From assembly GCA_963703315.1 (NCBI GenBank), contig OY969811.1, positions 288,001 through 352,000 on the forward strand: a DNA stretch of 64,000 nt. Reading direction: 5' to 3'. The stretch is from an uncultured cyanobacterium (GTDB lineage: Bacteria > Cyanobacteriota > Cyanobacteriia > Pseudanabaenales > Pseudanabaenaceae). Shown here in pieces: positions 41,226-53,164 of the stretch. Below the pieces are notes generated by a model. It did no database searches. It was given only the letters and a program-made list of their open reading frames with translations, and was not told where the DNA came from. Position 1 is the stretch's first letter, and every line of letters starts with the position of its first letter. Position numbers and translations under genes: made by a program.

Positions 41226-41531
41226 AGCTTTTTCAGCGAGATCACTGGTTGTAAATTATAGGCAAGGTTCGAGCATAATAAATAGCTATTCCATGAAGTG
41301 AGTGGCGACGCGAAGCGTCTTGAGGCTTTGAGTAGCCCAGAGAAATTTTGGGAAGCGGCGCTCCGCGCCGCTTCCCAAAATTTCTCTGGGGTTTGATTAA
41401 GCGCAAAGCGCTGTATAGTCGTTGACACAACATAACTTTTATCAAGAGGCTATATTGTAGAGAGCAAAAGGAGTCAAATTCTGAGACTTCTATAGTCAAT
41501 TGCCAAAGAATCAATCATTACCGAATTATCT

Positions 41532-41933
41532 GTGCTAATAGGTTTCGATCCAGGAAAACAAAAATGTGGCGTTGCTGTCATGGGCTTAGATCGTAAGCTA
41601 CACTTTCAGGCAGTTATCCCCAGTACTGAGGCGATCGCCAAAGTTGGTAATTTATTAGATAGTTACCCCATATCTTTAATGGTGATGGGCGATCAAACTG
41701 CATCTAAGCAATGGAAGACTAACTTACAATCCTCATTCCCAGATTTACGAATTATTACCGTAGACGAGCGTTATAGCAGCGAAGAAGCACGTCAAAGATT
41801 TTGGGACATTTATCCCGCAAAAGGCTTAATGAAGTTAGTCCCACGAGGAATGCGATCGCCTGATCGCCCCATTGACGACATTGTGGCTACCATTTTGATC
41901 GAGCGATATCTCAGTCGTTTAATTAGCTCGTAA
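41532..41933 (+). CDS. YqgF-like (RNase H fold) pre-16S rRNA processing nuclease / resolvase
   Basis: GFDPG..KCG, VDERYSSEEAR, DDIVA. Confidence 0.8.
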   Translation: MLIGFDPGKQKCGVAVMGLDRKLHFQAVIPSTEAIAKVGNLLDSYPISLMVMGDQTASKQWKTNLQSSFPDLRIITVDERYSSEEARQRFWDIYPAKGLMKLVPRGMRSPDRPIDDIVATILIERYLSRLISS

Positions 41934-42120
41934 CTCAAACCCAAATAATTTTAAATAAGACTGGCAAAGCCAGTCTTATTTAAAATTATTTGGGTTTTTC
42001 TCTAAAAGTTTTGTCAAGCTTCGTAAAGTAACGTTAAGTAAGCTTGAAGCAGGGGTATGTAGAAATGATATCTTTGCACTTGATATCAAAAGCGTATACG
42101 CAATTTGGGAGAACATCTCA

Positions 42121-42576
42121 ATGTCTGAAGAACAAGCACAAGAAGCAGCGACATTTACTGCTCCTAAACCCACTGGCAAAACCCCAATCTGGGGCGGTAG
42201 CACAGGTGGTTTGCTCAACGCAGCCTTCACTGAGGAAAAGTACCTGATCTCTTGGAATAGCCCCAAAGAGCAAGTATTTGAGCTTCCTACAGGCGGCGCT
42301 GCAACTATGGTCAAGGGCGACAACTTACTCTACTTAGCAAAGAAAGAGCAAGCGCTTGCTTTAGGTACACAGTTGCGTAAATTTAAGATCACCAACTACA
42401 AAATTTGGCGCGAATTTCCTAATGGCGACCAAGTTTATCTCCATCCTCTAGATGGTGTATTCCCTGAGAAGGTGAATGCTGGTCGTGTTGCCGCTAATAG
42501 CGTCAGCCGCAAGATTGGTGACAACCCTAATCCTATAAGCGTTAAGTTTACAGGTAAGGCAACTTACGATGCCTAA
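42121..42576 (+). CDS. psaD: Photosystem I subunit II
   Basis: [32 protein letters not shown]. Confidence 0.96.
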   Translation: MSEEQAQEAATFTAPKPTGKTPIWGGSTGGLLNAAFTEEKYLISWNSPKEQVFELPTGGAATMVKGDNLLYLAKKEQALALGTQLRKFKITNYKIWREFPNGDQVYLHPLDGVFPEKVNAGRVAANSVSRKIGDNPNPISVKFTGKATYDA

Positions 42577-42950
42577 TTAATAGCTTTGGCTATTACTACT
42601 GCTCTCATTCATTTTTTATTTTTTGCAAAAGCTACTGCGATCGCTTGATTTCGGTAGCTTTTGTGTTTTGTGGATACTCGCTGGCGCGAGTCCCACAGTC
42701 AGCAAAAGCTAATGCGATCGCTTGATTTCAGTAGCTTTGTATTAGCAGCTATGGCAGGCTACAGCCATAAGAGAGTGGCGGCGCGAAGCGCCGCCACTCT
42801 CTTATGGTTTTTATATAGGCTTTGGTAATGACTCTCATAGCTTTAGCGAATCTACCCTAAGTGGTATGGTGTGTTAAGAAATATAAAGTATTATTAATTC
42901 AAGCAAAGATTTTAAAAGTCTAGAAATCAAAACACAAGGAGATAATTGCA

Positions 42951-43097
42951 ATGTCTGACACTACAGAACCCAAATTTGGCTTTAACAACTTCGCAGAAAC
43001 TTGGAACGGTCGTCTTGCAATGCTTGGCTTCGTTATCGGTTTAGCGACAGAGTTGCTCACTGGTCAAGGTATTCTTTCCCAAATCGGCTTGCTATAG
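42951..43097 (+). CDS. hli: High-light inducible protein (48 aa), missed by the ORF track
   Basis: MSDTTEPKFGFNNFAETWNGRLAMLGFVIGLATELLTGQGILSQIGLL; AGGAG RBS. Confidence 0.93.
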   Translation: MSDTTEPKFGFNNFAETWNGRLAMLGFVIGLATELLTGQGILSQIGLL

Positions 43098-43141
43098 TTT
43101 TTTATTAAAAGAAGGGTCAGCGCTTAGCGCTGACCCTTCTT

Positions 43142-43972
43142 TTATGCTTTTAAATATTCAAGAATTTTCTGAAAAAGTTTCACGATCGCATCTTCACCAT
43201 TATCGCGAATAAAAATATCAAAATTTGGATGCGAGTTTGCTTCAATTAACCAGTAATTATTCTGATCATCCAAAGCAATATCTAAACCCACATAGGCGAT
43301 CACCATTTTCTGAAAAATTGGTTGAATGAATTCGTCGATCGCCTGCATTACTTGAAAATCATTGACTTGTTTAGCGATCGCTCCTTCCCAATGCAAAGGA
43401 CTGAGATTACCTGTAAACTCTGCTTGTGAAATATCCTTTTCGTATAAAACTATCTGTGCTTGATTAAGACAAACAGAGCGATATTCCTTAACAATATTGA
43501 TAGGTTCCTGTACCAATGCAACGTAGTCATAGTTTTTACTATTGATATTAAAAATACGATCTAAAGCATCGCGGATCTGTGGCAAATTAATACACCTAAA
43601 AACATTATTACCACCCGATCCACGATTTCTTTTGAGAATAACTGGTAAATCAAAGTTTCTTTCTATTTCAGCAATGATTTTATCGATGGAAGGAAATTCT
43701 AAATATTCTAGATACTTTGCATCACAGTATGGAGAAATGAAAGACATAGTACGGGGCATCTTTACTATATCTTCAAATATTTGATAAAAATACTGTTTAT
43801 CCTTAAAAATCTCAGCGACAGATTGCGATGTTAAGGGCGTTGAGTAGTTAGTGAAATAAAATTCGCGATCGCTAACTTTTACTTTAACAAGGTTTTGATT
43901 AGGATGCAAAATTTCATATTCAATAGATAAATTATGGCAAGCTTTCAATAACATTTTAATATTTGTCAGCAT
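43142..43972 (-). CDS. ATP-grasp (RimK-like) ligase
   Basis: PVILKRNRGSGG, LVQE, GLDI, LIEANSHP. Confidence 0.75.
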   Translation of the reverse strand: MLTNIKMLLKACHNLSIEYEILHPNQNLVKVKVSDREFYFTNYSTPLTSQSVAEIFKDKQYFYQIFEDIVKMPRTMSFISPYCDAKYLEYLEFPSIDKIIAEIERNFDLPVILKRNRGSGGNNVFRCINLPQIRDALDRIFNINSKNYDYVALVQEPINIVKEYRSVCLNQAQIVLYEKDISQAEFTGNLSPLHWEGAIAKQVNDFQVMQAIDEFIQPIFQKMVIAYVGLDIALDDQNNYWLIEANSHPNFDIFIRDNGEDAIVKLFQKILEYLKA

Positions 43973-44288
43973 AGTTACTTAGGTCTATTTGATAGATTTA
44001 GATTAAATAAAAATTGCGAGAAATTAGTTAGACATTAATGGAATAGATTACTACAGAAATTACAATTTTATCTCATTGATAGCCACTACAAAATTTTCTG
44101 TTTAGCCGCTATAGCTGTCGCCATTTGTATTAGGCTAAATCAAAACCCAAGAAGTGAATTGTGGCGCTTCGCCCCGCAACTCATCTTCTGGTTTTGTATC
44201 CTAACAATACTGGTGACAGCTATAACTCTATTGTCTTGTTTTATGAATCGTTGTAATTTAGAGTCAAAGCACATTAACATATTTTAAT

Positions 44289-44398
44289 AACTAGCTGGAC
44301 ATAAACATAATTAAAAGAACAAATCCAAAACCTGTGGCGCACGCGCAGCGTGCGCCACAGGTTTTGGGGTTTTATATTTAATTGCGCCCAGCTACTTA
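44289..44398. repeat. Palindromic MITE-like element (copy of the 27112-27215 type)
   Basis: Near-identical hairpin and right end to the 27.1 kb copy. Confidence 0.7.
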
Positions 44399-44477
44399 TA
44401 ACTAGGTTATACGATTTTAAGAGCTTCAATTCGACTGTTGTGTGACGATTAAAAATTAATTATCGGGGTGACTCTAT

Positions 44478-46754
44478 ATGTTAGAGAAAATCTTGCAGTT
44501 ACTAGAAATAAATGGGTTCATTCCCCACGGTCACTGCTATCTCTGGCAGACTAATCTTGTCGGACTGCACGTTCTCTCCGATGGATTAATCGCTTTAGCA
44601 TACTTTTCTATCCCAATTATGCTGATCTACTTTGTCCGTAAACGGCATGATGTAGCAGCATTTACGAAAGTATCTTTATTATTTAGCTCATTCATCATAG
44701 CTTGTGGCATTACCCATGTCATGGAAATTTGGACTCTCTGGTATCCAGTATATTGGCTGTCAGGTTTGCTCAAAGCAATCACCGCTATAATCTCTTTATA
44801 TACTGCATTTGAATTGATTTCCATAATTCCGATAGCATTAGCAATGCCAAGTGCTGAACAGTTAATGCAAGCGAATTATCAATTAGAGAAAGAGATTCAA
44901 GAGCGTCGTAGTACTGAAATTGCGCTTAGAGAAAGTGAAAAACGCTATCAAAGTCTCGTTTTGGAACTCGAAGAAAGAGTACAGAAGAGAACATCTGAAC
45001 TAGCTCTTCAGAATAAGGATCTAGAAATAGCGAGAAGTGAAGCTGAATTAGCCAATCAATCAAAAAGCGATTTCTTGGCAATGATGAGTCACGAAATCCG
45101 TACACCAATGAATGGAATAATTGGGATGACTAATCTATTGCTTGGTACTCAATTAACAGGTAAGCAGAAAAACTTTGTAAAAATTGTGCGTAATAGTGGT
45201 GAAGGACTTTTAACGATTCTTAATGATATTTTAGATTTTTCTAAAGTGGAATCAGGGAAGTTGGAACTAGAAGAACAGCCCTTTAATTTATTAGATTGTG
45301 TTCAGGAATCCTTGTCATTATTAAATCTTAAAGCCGAAGAAAAAAATGTTGAACTGAGCTATAAAGTTTTTCCAATCGTTCCGACCATAATTGTTAGTGA
45401 TATCACAAGAATTCGCCAAATTTTAGTCAATTTGGTAGGTAATGCGATTAAATTCACTAAAAAAGGGCGAGTACATTTAAATATAACCGCTTCTTTACTT
45501 GATAGCACATCTAAAGAAAGTAATCAAGAAAGTATAGAATCTTCAAAGTATCAACTTCTATTCTCAATCTGTGACTCAGGTATCGGTATTCCTGCGGATC
45601 GAATATCACAGTTGTTTGAGGCATTCACTCAAGTTGATGCTTCTATAACTCGCAACTATGGTGGTACAGGCTTAGGTTTAGCAATCTGTAAACAACTTAC
45701 CAGTATTATGGGGGGGACAATATGGGTAGAGAGTTTTGGAACTGTTGGTGGTAGCCCAGATGTTGAATGGTTTAAACAATATCAAATCCAAAATTCTGCC
45801 ACTAATGGTTCCACATTTTACTTTACGATCCTAGTGTCTTCAATATCACTAAACTCTTTTAATAACCTACAGAAATCTAATGGTTTTGAAAATAATCTAG
45901 AGTTTGTTAATTCTAATTTAGCTAAGCAATTTCCCTTAAGAATATTAGTTGCTGAAGATAATTCTGTTAATCAGCAGTTAATAAAATTTATGTTAGAACA
46001 GCTTGGCTATAGTTGCGATATTGTCGGCAATGGGATCGAAGTCATTGAAGCCTGTAATCGTTGTTTCTACGATTTGATCCTCATGGATATTCAAATGCCT
46101 GAAATGGATGGCATTGAAGCAACAAAAAAAATTCGTAATTTAGATGGGTATACATCGCAAACTACGCGGATTGTGGCAGTTACAGCAAGTGTGATGAAAG
46201 GCGATCGCCAAAAATTTCTCGAAGCGGGAATGGATGATTACATTTCTAAACCAATTAAAATGAGTGAGCTATTTCAAGCATTATTGAATAATCAATCTTC
46301 CTACAATAATCCAGACAGTTCTAGCTCTTTAGATCTTAATAACGAGCTAGAAAACAAGGAGAGTATAGATGAACAGAATGTAATTGATATGCAGATTTTT
46401 AGTGATGTGTTCGTTATGCTAGGTGCAAACAATGATTCAACTCCCTTTCTTCGTTTAATTGATTTATACCTACAAAGTTTGTCAGAGTTGAAATCAATGG
46501 TGATTAATGGAATTGATAATCAAGATGCTGATTCTCTAGCAATGGGATGTCATGCTCTCAAATCTCCAAGTGCTTCATTGGGGGCGGTCACTTTATCTCA
46601 AATCTGTAAGACTCTAGAGAATAAAGTCGTTAATGGCGCGATCGCCTGTTTATCTGAGGATTTACTAGCACTAGGTGATGAGTTTTGTCAGGAATGCGAT
46701 CGCGTCAAAGTAGCTTTAGAAAAACAAAGACAGTTACTTGTATCAAAACCATAA
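44478..46754 (+). CDS. Hybrid sensor kinase: ethylene-binding-domain-like TMs - HisKA - HATPase - REC - Hpt
   Basis: [47 protein letters not shown]. Confidence 0.85.
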   Translation: MLEKILQLLEINGFIPHGHCYLWQTNLVGLHVLSDGLIALAYFSIPIMLIYFVRKRHDVAAFTKVSLLFSSFIIACGITHVMEIWTLWYPVYWLSGLLKAITAIISLYTAFELISIIPIALAMPSAEQLMQANYQLEKEIQERRSTEIALRESEKRYQSLVLELEERVQKRTSELALQNKDLEIARSEAELANQSKSDFLAMMSHEIRTPMNGIIGMTNLLLGTQLTGKQKNFVKIVRNSGEGLLTILNDILDFSKVESGKLELEEQPFNLLDCVQESLSLLNLKAEEKNVELSYKVFPIVPTIIVSDITRIRQILVNLVGNAIKFTKKGRVHLNITASLLDSTSKESNQESIESSKYQLLFSICDSGIGIPADRISQLFEAFTQVDASITRNYGGTGLGLAICKQLTSIMGGTIWVESFGTVGGSPDVEWFKQYQIQNSATNGSTFYFTILVSSISLNSFNNLQKSNGFENNLEFVNSNLAKQFPLRILVAEDNSVNQQLIKFMLEQLGYSCDIVGNGIEVIEACNRCFYDLILMDIQMPEMDGIEATKKIRNLDGYTSQTTRIVAVTASVMKGDRQKFLEAGMDDYISKPIKMSELFQALLNNQSSYNNPDSSSSLDLNNELENKESIDEQNVIDMQIFSDVFVMLGANNDSTPFLRLIDLYLQSLSELKSMVINGIDNQDADSLAMGCHALKSPSASLGAVTLSQICKTLENKVVNGAIACLSEDLLALGDEFCQECDRVKVALEKQRQLLVSKP

Positions 46755-46797
46755 CTTGTTTTTCCGCCGAAGGCGGAAAAACAAGCCTTTAATGTAA

Positions 46798-49434
46798 TTA
46801 AGCAAGAGCGTGTCTTAACTCATGTTCAGCAGCTTCTAGGGCTTCTGGCAATTTACTGGCATCCTTGCCACCTGCTTGAGCGAGGTTCGGACGACCACCA
46901 CCGCCGCCGCCACAGATTTTGGCGATCGCGCCGATGAATTTGCCCGCTTGCAAACCCTTCGCGATTACTTCTTTACTGAAGGAAGCAACTAGGGTCACTT
47001 TGCCATCATCGCTAAAAGAACCAAGTACAACTGCACTATGACCTAGCTTTGCCGAGAGTTTTTCTGCCGCCGCTTTCAAAGCTTCGGCTTCAATATCGGA
47101 AAGTTGGGCAACGAGGATTTTAAATTCGCCTACGGCTTCGGCTTCGTGAATTAGAGAATCTGCTTTAACTAGGGCTAGTTGCTGTTTAAGATGTTCAACT
47201 TCTTTCTGTGCAGTTTTTAGCTCATGTTGCAAACCTGTAATCCGATCGCTAATTTCTTCAGGCTTGATTTTAAAGCGATCGCTTAAATCTTTAGTGATGT
47301 TGTCGCGCACAGTCAGATATTCTAGAACTGCTTGCCCTGCGATCGCTTCGATGCGACGCACACCAGAGGCAACGCCAGATTCGGAAATGATTTTAAACAA
47401 ACCAATTTCGCTGGTGTTCTTAACATGAGTACCGCCGCAAAGTTCCATTGATACATTGGGAATATCGATGACGCGGACTTCTGCGCCATACTTTTCACCG
47501 AACATAGCGATCGCGCCTTTAGCTTTGGCTTGAGCGATGGGCAGTACTTCAATTACGGAGTCATGGGCTTCGGCAATCCAGTTATTGATTTGCAGTTCAA
47601 TCTGGTGAATTTCTTCGGTCGTAACTCCACGATTGAGATTAAAGTCAAAACGGAGGCGATCGCTATCGACTAAAGAACCTGCTTGAGAAACGTTAGAGTC
47701 AACGATTTTCTTCAAAGCTGCTTGTAATAGATGCGTGGCAGTGTGATGAGCTTGAATGCGCCGACGTTCGGATAAGGCGATTTGGGCATTGACACTATCA
47801 CCGACAGCAATTTCGCCTCGTTCAATTTGTCCAATATGGATAAATAAATCAGCTTGTTTTTGGACATCACTAATTTTGGCGATCGCTTCACCAATAGCTA
47901 AAAATCCTGTGTCTCCAATCTGTCCACCAGACTCCGCATAGAAAGGTGTGCGGTCTAATACGATTTGGACTTTGTTACCAGCGATCGCCTTCTTAGCAAG
48001 TTCGCCATTGACGAGAATTGCTTTGACAGTGCCAGTGCTACTTAGTTCCGTATAGCCTAGAAATTCCGTTTTGCCAATTTCCTTCGCGATATTTACCCAG
48101 TTATCTTTTGCCATCAGATCAATATCTTCATGGGCAGCTTGCGATCGCTCCTGTTGCTTTTTCATTTCTGCTTCAAAGCCATCGGCATCAACGCTGAAAC
48201 CTTCCTCTTCGGCAATCTCTTGAGTTAATTCAAGCGGGAATCCGTAGGTGTCATAAAGAGTGAAAGAATCAACGCCAGAAATAGTCTTACTAGCTTTGAC
48301 TTCAGGTTTAGCCAGAATCTCTTCTAACAACTTCTCACCACGTTCTAAAGTCTGTAAGAAGCGAGTCTCTTCGATTTTGATTTCATCTTTGATAACGTGT
48401 TCACGTTCGCGAGTGTTGGGATAAACCGACTCGGAAAGGGCGATCGCTACTTCCGCAACTTCTGAGGCAAATGTTCCAGAGATCCCAATCAAGCGCCCGT
48501 GACGCACCACCCGACGCAAGAGGCGGCGCAAAATGTAACCACGTCCAACGTTAGAGGCATTGATCCCATCAGCAATCATGTGAACGACTGAGCGCACATG
48601 ATCACCAATCACCTTGAGCGAAGTCTTCACCTTCTCATCGCTCTTGTGATAGTCAATCCCTGCAATATCGGCGGCTTTTTTGATGATTGGAAAGATTAAA
48701 TCGGTTTCGTAATTATTAGGAACGCCTTGCAATACCTGCGCCATCCGTTCCAAACCTAAGCCCGTATCAATGTTCTGCTTCTTTAGAGGTGTGAGATTAC
48801 CATGACTATCACGGTTCAATTCCATGAATACAAGGTTATAAATCTCTAGGAAGCGTGAATCATCTTCTAAATCAATATGCTCATCACCTAATTCAGGATG
48901 GAAGTCATAATAGATTTCCGAGCAAGGTCCACAGGGACCCGTCGCACCCGAAGCCCAAAAGTTATCGTCACCCATACGCTGAATCCGATGAGCAGGAATG
49001 CCGATCGCATCGCGCCAAATCGCAAAGGCATCTTCATCGGTGTGATAGACACTAACCACGAGGCGATCAGGTGGCAATTGAAATACTTTCGTGACTAATT
49101 CCCATCCCCACGCGATCGCTTCTTTTTTAAAATAATCACCAAAGCTGAAATTCCCTAACATTTCAAAAAACGTATGGTGACGCGCCGTTCTACCCACATT
49201 CTCGATGTCATTGGTACGGATACATTTCTGAGATGTAGTGGCGCGAGGAACTTCAGGCTCCTGCTGTCCTAAGAAAATTGGCTTAAATGGTAGCATTCCC
49301 GCGATCGTGAGTAGTACGGTGGGATCGGCGGGGACGAGGGAGGCGCTAGGTAGGACTTTGTGATTACGCTCTTCAAAAAAATTGAGAAACTTCGAGCGAA
49401 TTTCAGCACCAGTGAGGGAGGGAAGGCTAGCCAT
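46798..49434 (-). CDS. alaS: Alanine--tRNA ligase
   Basis: [36 protein letters not shown]. Confidence 0.97.
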   Translation of the reverse strand: MASLPSLTGAEIRSKFLNFFEERNHKVLPSASLVPADPTVLLTIAGMLPFKPIFLGQQEPEVPRATTSQKCIRTNDIENVGRTARHHTFFEMLGNFSFGDYFKKEAIAWGWELVTKVFQLPPDRLVVSVYHTDEDAFAIWRDAIGIPAHRIQRMGDDNFWASGATGPCGPCSEIYYDFHPELGDEHIDLEDDSRFLEIYNLVFMELNRDSHGNLTPLKKQNIDTGLGLERMAQVLQGVPNNYETDLIFPIIKKAADIAGIDYHKSDEKVKTSLKVIGDHVRSVVHMIADGINASNVGRGYILRRLLRRVVRHGRLIGISGTFASEVAEVAIALSESVYPNTREREHVIKDEIKIEETRFLQTLERGEKLLEEILAKPEVKASKTISGVDSFTLYDTYGFPLELTQEIAEEEGFSVDADGFEAEMKKQQERSQAAHEDIDLMAKDNWVNIAKEIGKTEFLGYTELSSTGTVKAILVNGELAKKAIAGNKVQIVLDRTPFYAESGGQIGDTGFLAIGEAIAKISDVQKQADLFIHIGQIERGEIAVGDSVNAQIALSERRRIQAHHTATHLLQAALKKIVDSNVSQAGSLVDSDRLRFDFNLNRGVTTEEIHQIELQINNWIAEAHDSVIEVLPIAQAKAKGAIAMFGEKYGAEVRVIDIPNVSMELCGGTHVKNTSEIGLFKIISESGVASGVRRIEAIAGQAVLEYLTVRDNITKDLSDRFKIKPEEISDRITGLQHELKTAQKEVEHLKQQLALVKADSLIHEAEAVGEFKILVAQLSDIEAEALKAAAEKLSAKLGHSAVVLGSFSDDGKVTLVASFSKEVIAKGLQAGKFIGAIAKICGGGGGGRPNLAQAGGKDASKLPEALEAAEHELRHALA

Positions 49435-49548
49435 AAAAGTTTGAATCAGTCCAGACAGTAGGTAAGATTTTTAGAAGAGAGGATAAGCTTGCCTTGGGGA
49501 ATATTTGGCAAACCTGTAGAAATTATTACAAATTTTAATAATACTTTT

Positions 49549-50253
49549 ATGCTAACACGCACTGATCTTCAAAATGAGCTAGATGCACTGGCTAGCCCGA
49601 CCAAAGCGATCGCCCTTGCGCGATTTTTTAAAACTGGTAAGGGCGAATATGGCGAAGGCGATCGCTTTTTGGGGATTACCGTGCCAGAGCAACGAAAATT
49701 AGCAAAAAAGTTTGTGAGTCTGAGCTTTGATTCCCTAGAAGAATTATTGCAAACTGATATTCATGAATATCGGCTGACCGCTTTATTAATTCTTACTTAT
49801 CAATTTCCTAAAGCCGATCTCGCCCAACGCACCGAAATTGTCACTTTCTATTTAAATCATACCCAATGGATTAACAACTGGGATTTAGTTGATGTCAGTT
49901 GCCGTCAAATTTTGGGTGTATATCTGCTCGATCAAGATCGGAGCATTCTCTCTCAACTAGCCCGATCGCCAAGTCTTTGGGAACAGAGAATCGCGATCGT
50001 CTCCACCTTAGAATTTATCAAGCATGAGCAATTTACGGATACGCTCCAGATTGCCATAATTTTGTTAAATCATCGCCATGATCTAATCCATAAAGCTGTT
50101 GGTTGGATGTTGCGAGAAGTTGGTAAACAAGACCGCCAAGTTTTAGTCGAATTTCTAGATCTCCATTATCAGCAAATGCCCCGCACGATGCTCCGCTACG
50201 CGATCGAGCATTTTGATGAACCAGTCCGCAAAGCTTACTTATACAAAAACTAA
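49549..50253 (+). CDS. DNA alkylation repair enzyme (AlkD-like)
   Basis: FFKTG.GEYGEGD.FLG, NNWDLVD, HKAVGWMLRE, MPRTMLRYAIE. Confidence 0.85.
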   Translation: MLTRTDLQNELDALASPTKAIALARFFKTGKGEYGEGDRFLGITVPEQRKLAKKFVSLSFDSLEELLQTDIHEYRLTALLILTYQFPKADLAQRTEIVTFYLNHTQWINNWDLVDVSCRQILGVYLLDQDRSILSQLARSPSLWEQRIAIVSTLEFIKHEQFTDTLQIAIILLNHRHDLIHKAVGWMLREVGKQDRQVLVEFLDLHYQQMPRTMLRYAIEHFDEPVRKAYLYKN

Positions 50254-50406
50254 AAATGGCATAGCCATTTTTAGTTTTGAAAACCCTTACTGGGTTTAGT
50301 TTTTAATTTACAAAAGTGTGACCACACTTTTGTAAATTGGTATTACGCCGCAATTAAGGCTTTGATGAACAAGGGGCTTAAGCCCCTTGCCTATAAGCGA
50401 TCGCCG

Positions 50407-51186
50407 TTAATTAGCTCGTACATCTTGGCAATACTGCTTGATTGCCTCCATGATCACGCTTTGCAAGTCAGCGTACTTTCTGGCAAAGGGTGGTTGCCAA
50501 TCCGATAGCCCTAAAACATCATGGGTTACGAGAATTTGTCCATCACAGTCCTTTCCTGCACCAATGCCAATCGTAGGAATGGGGAGCAGATCGGTAATTT
50601 TTGCGGCGAGTTCCGTAGGGATATTTTCTAATAACAGGGCAAACACTCCTGCTTCAACCAATGCCTTTGATTGGTGCAAAATTTCTTCAGCAGTTTCGGG
50701 CGTGCTACCTTGCACTCGATAACCTGTGCGATGGACGGACTGTGGTGTAAGTCCTAGATGACCCATTACAGGAATGCCAATCTGTACGAGCTTGCGAATT
50801 GTCTCCACGATATCGGGATAGCCACCTTCGAGCTTGATCCCCTTTGCGTCAGTTTCTTTAAAAATCCGTCCTGCCGATCGCATTGCTTCTTCCGTACTCA
50901 CTTGATAACTGAGAAAGGGCATATCCACAATTAGTAACGCATTTTCCACACCACGCCCAACGGCTTGAGCATGGCGGATCATGTCATCAAGGGTGACGGG
51001 CAGCGTATTTTTGTATCCAAGCGCCACCATTGCGAGGGAATCCCCCACCAAAATCATATCTACACCTGCTTTGTCTATCAGCTTGGCGATCGCATAGTCA
51101 CTGGCGGTAAGAGCCGCGATCGGCTTTTTCTGCTGTTTCCATTTTTGCAATTGGGCGATCGTCACTGGCATCGTGGCATTCCTCAT
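50407..51186 (-). CDS. panB: 3-methyl-2-oxobutanoate hydroxymethyltransferase
   Basis: [33 protein letters not shown]. Confidence 0.95.
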   Translation of the reverse strand: MRNATMPVTIAQLQKWKQQKKPIAALTASDYAIAKLIDKAGVDMILVGDSLAMVALGYKNTLPVTLDDMIRHAQAVGRGVENALLIVDMPFLSYQVSTEEAMRSAGRIFKETDAKGIKLEGGYPDIVETIRKLVQIGIPVMGHLGLTPQSVHRTGYRVQGSTPETAEEILHQSKALVEAGVFALLLENIPTELAAKITDLLPIPTIGIGAGKDCDGQILVTHDVLGLSDWQPPFARKYADLQSVIMEAIKQYCQDVRAN

Positions 51187-51336
51187 GATTTACGGCTGAT
51201 TAATTTTTTGATTTTGTGAAAGACGCAGAGTGCGTCTTTCACAAAATCAAAAAATTAAGAGAGCTAACATCTAATAATGTAAACTTTTTAAAGCAATTGA
51301 ATAAGGTTAATTGAGTTCGGTACGAGAAGCAAAATT

Positions 51337-51528
51337 ATGCAAGTTGGTCAAAAAGTTCGTGTTCGTAGTTTTAAAGATGGCAGTGGCAAGGCGATCGCTA
51401 ATAAAATTGGTGCAGTCGGCGTAATCAAAGAACAAAAAATTCTTGATGGCAGCAAATGGGGCTACATCGTCAAGTTCGATGACAGCACTAAGTCTTGGTT
51501 CTTTGAAGACGAGTTAGAAGCAGCCTAA
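51337..51528 (+). CDS. petP: Cytochrome b6f subunit PetP (DUF2862)
   Basis: GQKVRV...DGS..G..V.FDD...WFFEDEL. Confidence 0.75.
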   Translation: MQVGQKVRVRSFKDGSGKAIANKIGAVGVIKEQKILDGSKWGYIVKFDDSTKSWFFEDELEAA

Positions 51529-51616
51529 GCCAAGTAATCCTAATATCTCACCATGTAAAGTCTCGCAATGCGGGACTTCATAAATACTCCTTTAAATTTA
51601 ATTAACCACTTGCCCT

Positions 51617-51922
51617 ATGGCAGATATTAACCGTCAAGATATCATTCGGGGCATGATGGCTGAGGTTGATGGACTAAGCTATAGTATGGCTTCAGCTAGC
51701 CTTGAAGCAGTTTTAACCTGCGTCACCCAAGCTTTAGCCAATCACCAATCGATCATGTTGAGTGATTTTGGTAAGTTTGGAGTACGCCATCGTCGCGCCC
51801 GTTCGGGAAGTCATCCTCGCACCCATCAACCGATTGTTATTCCCGAAGTAATCGTTCCCCATTTCACCCCCAGTCCCCATTTAAAAAAATTAGTGCAGAA
51901 GCCTAATGAGAAAACCCAATGA
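51617..51922 (+). CDS. HU/IHF-family DNA-binding protein
   Basis: FGKF..R.R.AR.G.HPRT...I.IP...P.F.P. Confidence 0.8.
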   Translation: MADINRQDIIRGMMAEVDGLSYSMASASLEAVLTCVTQALANHQSIMLSDFGKFGVRHRRARSGSHPRTHQPIVIPEVIVPHFTPSPHLKKLVQKPNEKTQ

Positions 51923-52983
51923 GCCTAATTCTGACATTTCTCGGTAAAGGTGGCGTTGGTAAGACGACAACCGCGATCGCGGTTGCTCGTGCTTTTGCCA
52001 ACCAAGGCAAACAAGTTTTATACGTTGGTCAACAAGCAGGTGATAGTCTCAGCATGAGACTTGGAGTTGATCTTAGTAGTGATGTCCAACCCGTTGCGCC
52101 CAATTTCGCGGCGGTACATTTACAGTCAACAGTACTGCTCGAAAGATATTGGGACAGGATGAAAGGCTTAGAAACCCAATTTTTGCGGACTCCATTTTTT
52201 AAAGAGGTCTATGGTCAAGAGCTTGGTATTTTACCGGGGATGGATGCGGCTCTAGGCTTAAGCTTTTTGCGCGAACGGGATGCAGAAGGCAGATATGACG
52301 TAATTGTTTACGATGGCGTGGGCGATCTGGAAACCTTACGGATGTTGGGAATGCCAGAAATTTTAGGCTGGTATCTGCGTCGCTTTAAACAGGTCTTAAC
52401 AGGTTCGGCGATCGGTCAAGCGATATCTCCCTTTGTGGAGCCAATTTTAAGAAGTATCCTTCAAGTTTCGAGTACCGATGATATTTCACAACAGGCTGGG
52501 GAAATGTCGTCAGTCTTAACTCGCGGTCAAAAAGCAGTTAATGATCCCAATCGTGTGGCGGCTTACCTAGTTACTACTAGTGATCCCTATGCGATCGCTA
52601 CGGCTAAATATCTCTGGGGCAGCGCTCAACAGGTAGGTTTAACCGTTGGTGGTGTCTTTGCACGGGAGGCGATCGCTGAAACCGACTTTGCACCGCTAGC
52701 GATCGCCTCAATTCCCGATCAAGTTACTGAGTTAACGATTCCCGATCATCTAAAAGCAAACCTTGCCCCAAAACCAATTGAAATCAATACGGTAACTAAG
52801 CAAGTCAAGCTATTTTTACCAACATTTAATAAAAAACAGGTCAAGTTAATTCAGCTAGGTCCCGAAGTCACCATCGAAGCAGGCGATCAACGCCGTAATA
52901 TTTTCCTGCCCAATGAACTAGCAGGTAAACAAGCCACAGGTGCAAAATTTCAAGATTCTTATCTGATTATTTCTTTTGGATAG
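51919..52983 (+). CDS. ArsA/Get3-family ATPase
   Basis: FLGKGGVGKTT; C-terminal alpha-crystallin-like segment. Confidence 0.8.
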   Translation: MSLILTFLGKGGVGKTTTAIAVARAFANQGKQVLYVGQQAGDSLSMRLGVDLSSDVQPVAPNFAAVHLQSTVLLERYWDRMKGLETQFLRTPFFKEVYGQELGILPGMDAALGLSFLRERDAEGRYDVIVYDGVGDLETLRMLGMPEILGWYLRRFKQVLTGSAIGQAISPFVEPILRSILQVSSTDDISQQAGEMSSVLTRGQKAVNDPNRVAAYLVTTSDPYAIATAKYLWGSAQQVGLTVGGVFAREAIAETDFAPLAIASIPDQVTELTIPDHLKANLAPKPIEINTVTKQVKLFLPTFNKKQVKLIQLGPEVTIEAGDQRRNIFLPNELAGKQATGAKFQDSYLIISFG

Positions 52984-53013
52984 CAATTATCGGAGTAAGT
53001 AAAAATCCTTTTT

Positions 53014-53088
53014 GTAGGGTGTGTTAGCGCAGCGTAACGCACTATCTAACCTTTGATAGTGCGTTACGCTGTGGCTAACGCACCCTAC
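53014..53088. repeat. GTAG-type REP doublet (REPIN-like)
   Basis: gtagggtgtgttagcgcagcgtaacgcac ... gtgcgttacgctgtggctaacgcaccctac. Confidence 0.75.
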
Positions 53089-53164
53089 AGTAATCTTCAC
53101 GCTGATTTTTAGATGATGGGGAATTGGGCTAAAATGGGACTTTGTTGGTCAGGTCTGTTATTCA

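Noticed and set aside
41003..41514. Short ORFs 41003-41428, 41242-41514, 8307-8627 and 8318-8548
   Set aside because: They run through palindromic repeats or overlap real genes; likely spurious.
42015..42895. Possible HLR1 (RpaB) sites upstream of psaD and hli
   Set aside because: Only degenerate matches by eye; not supportable without a motif scan.
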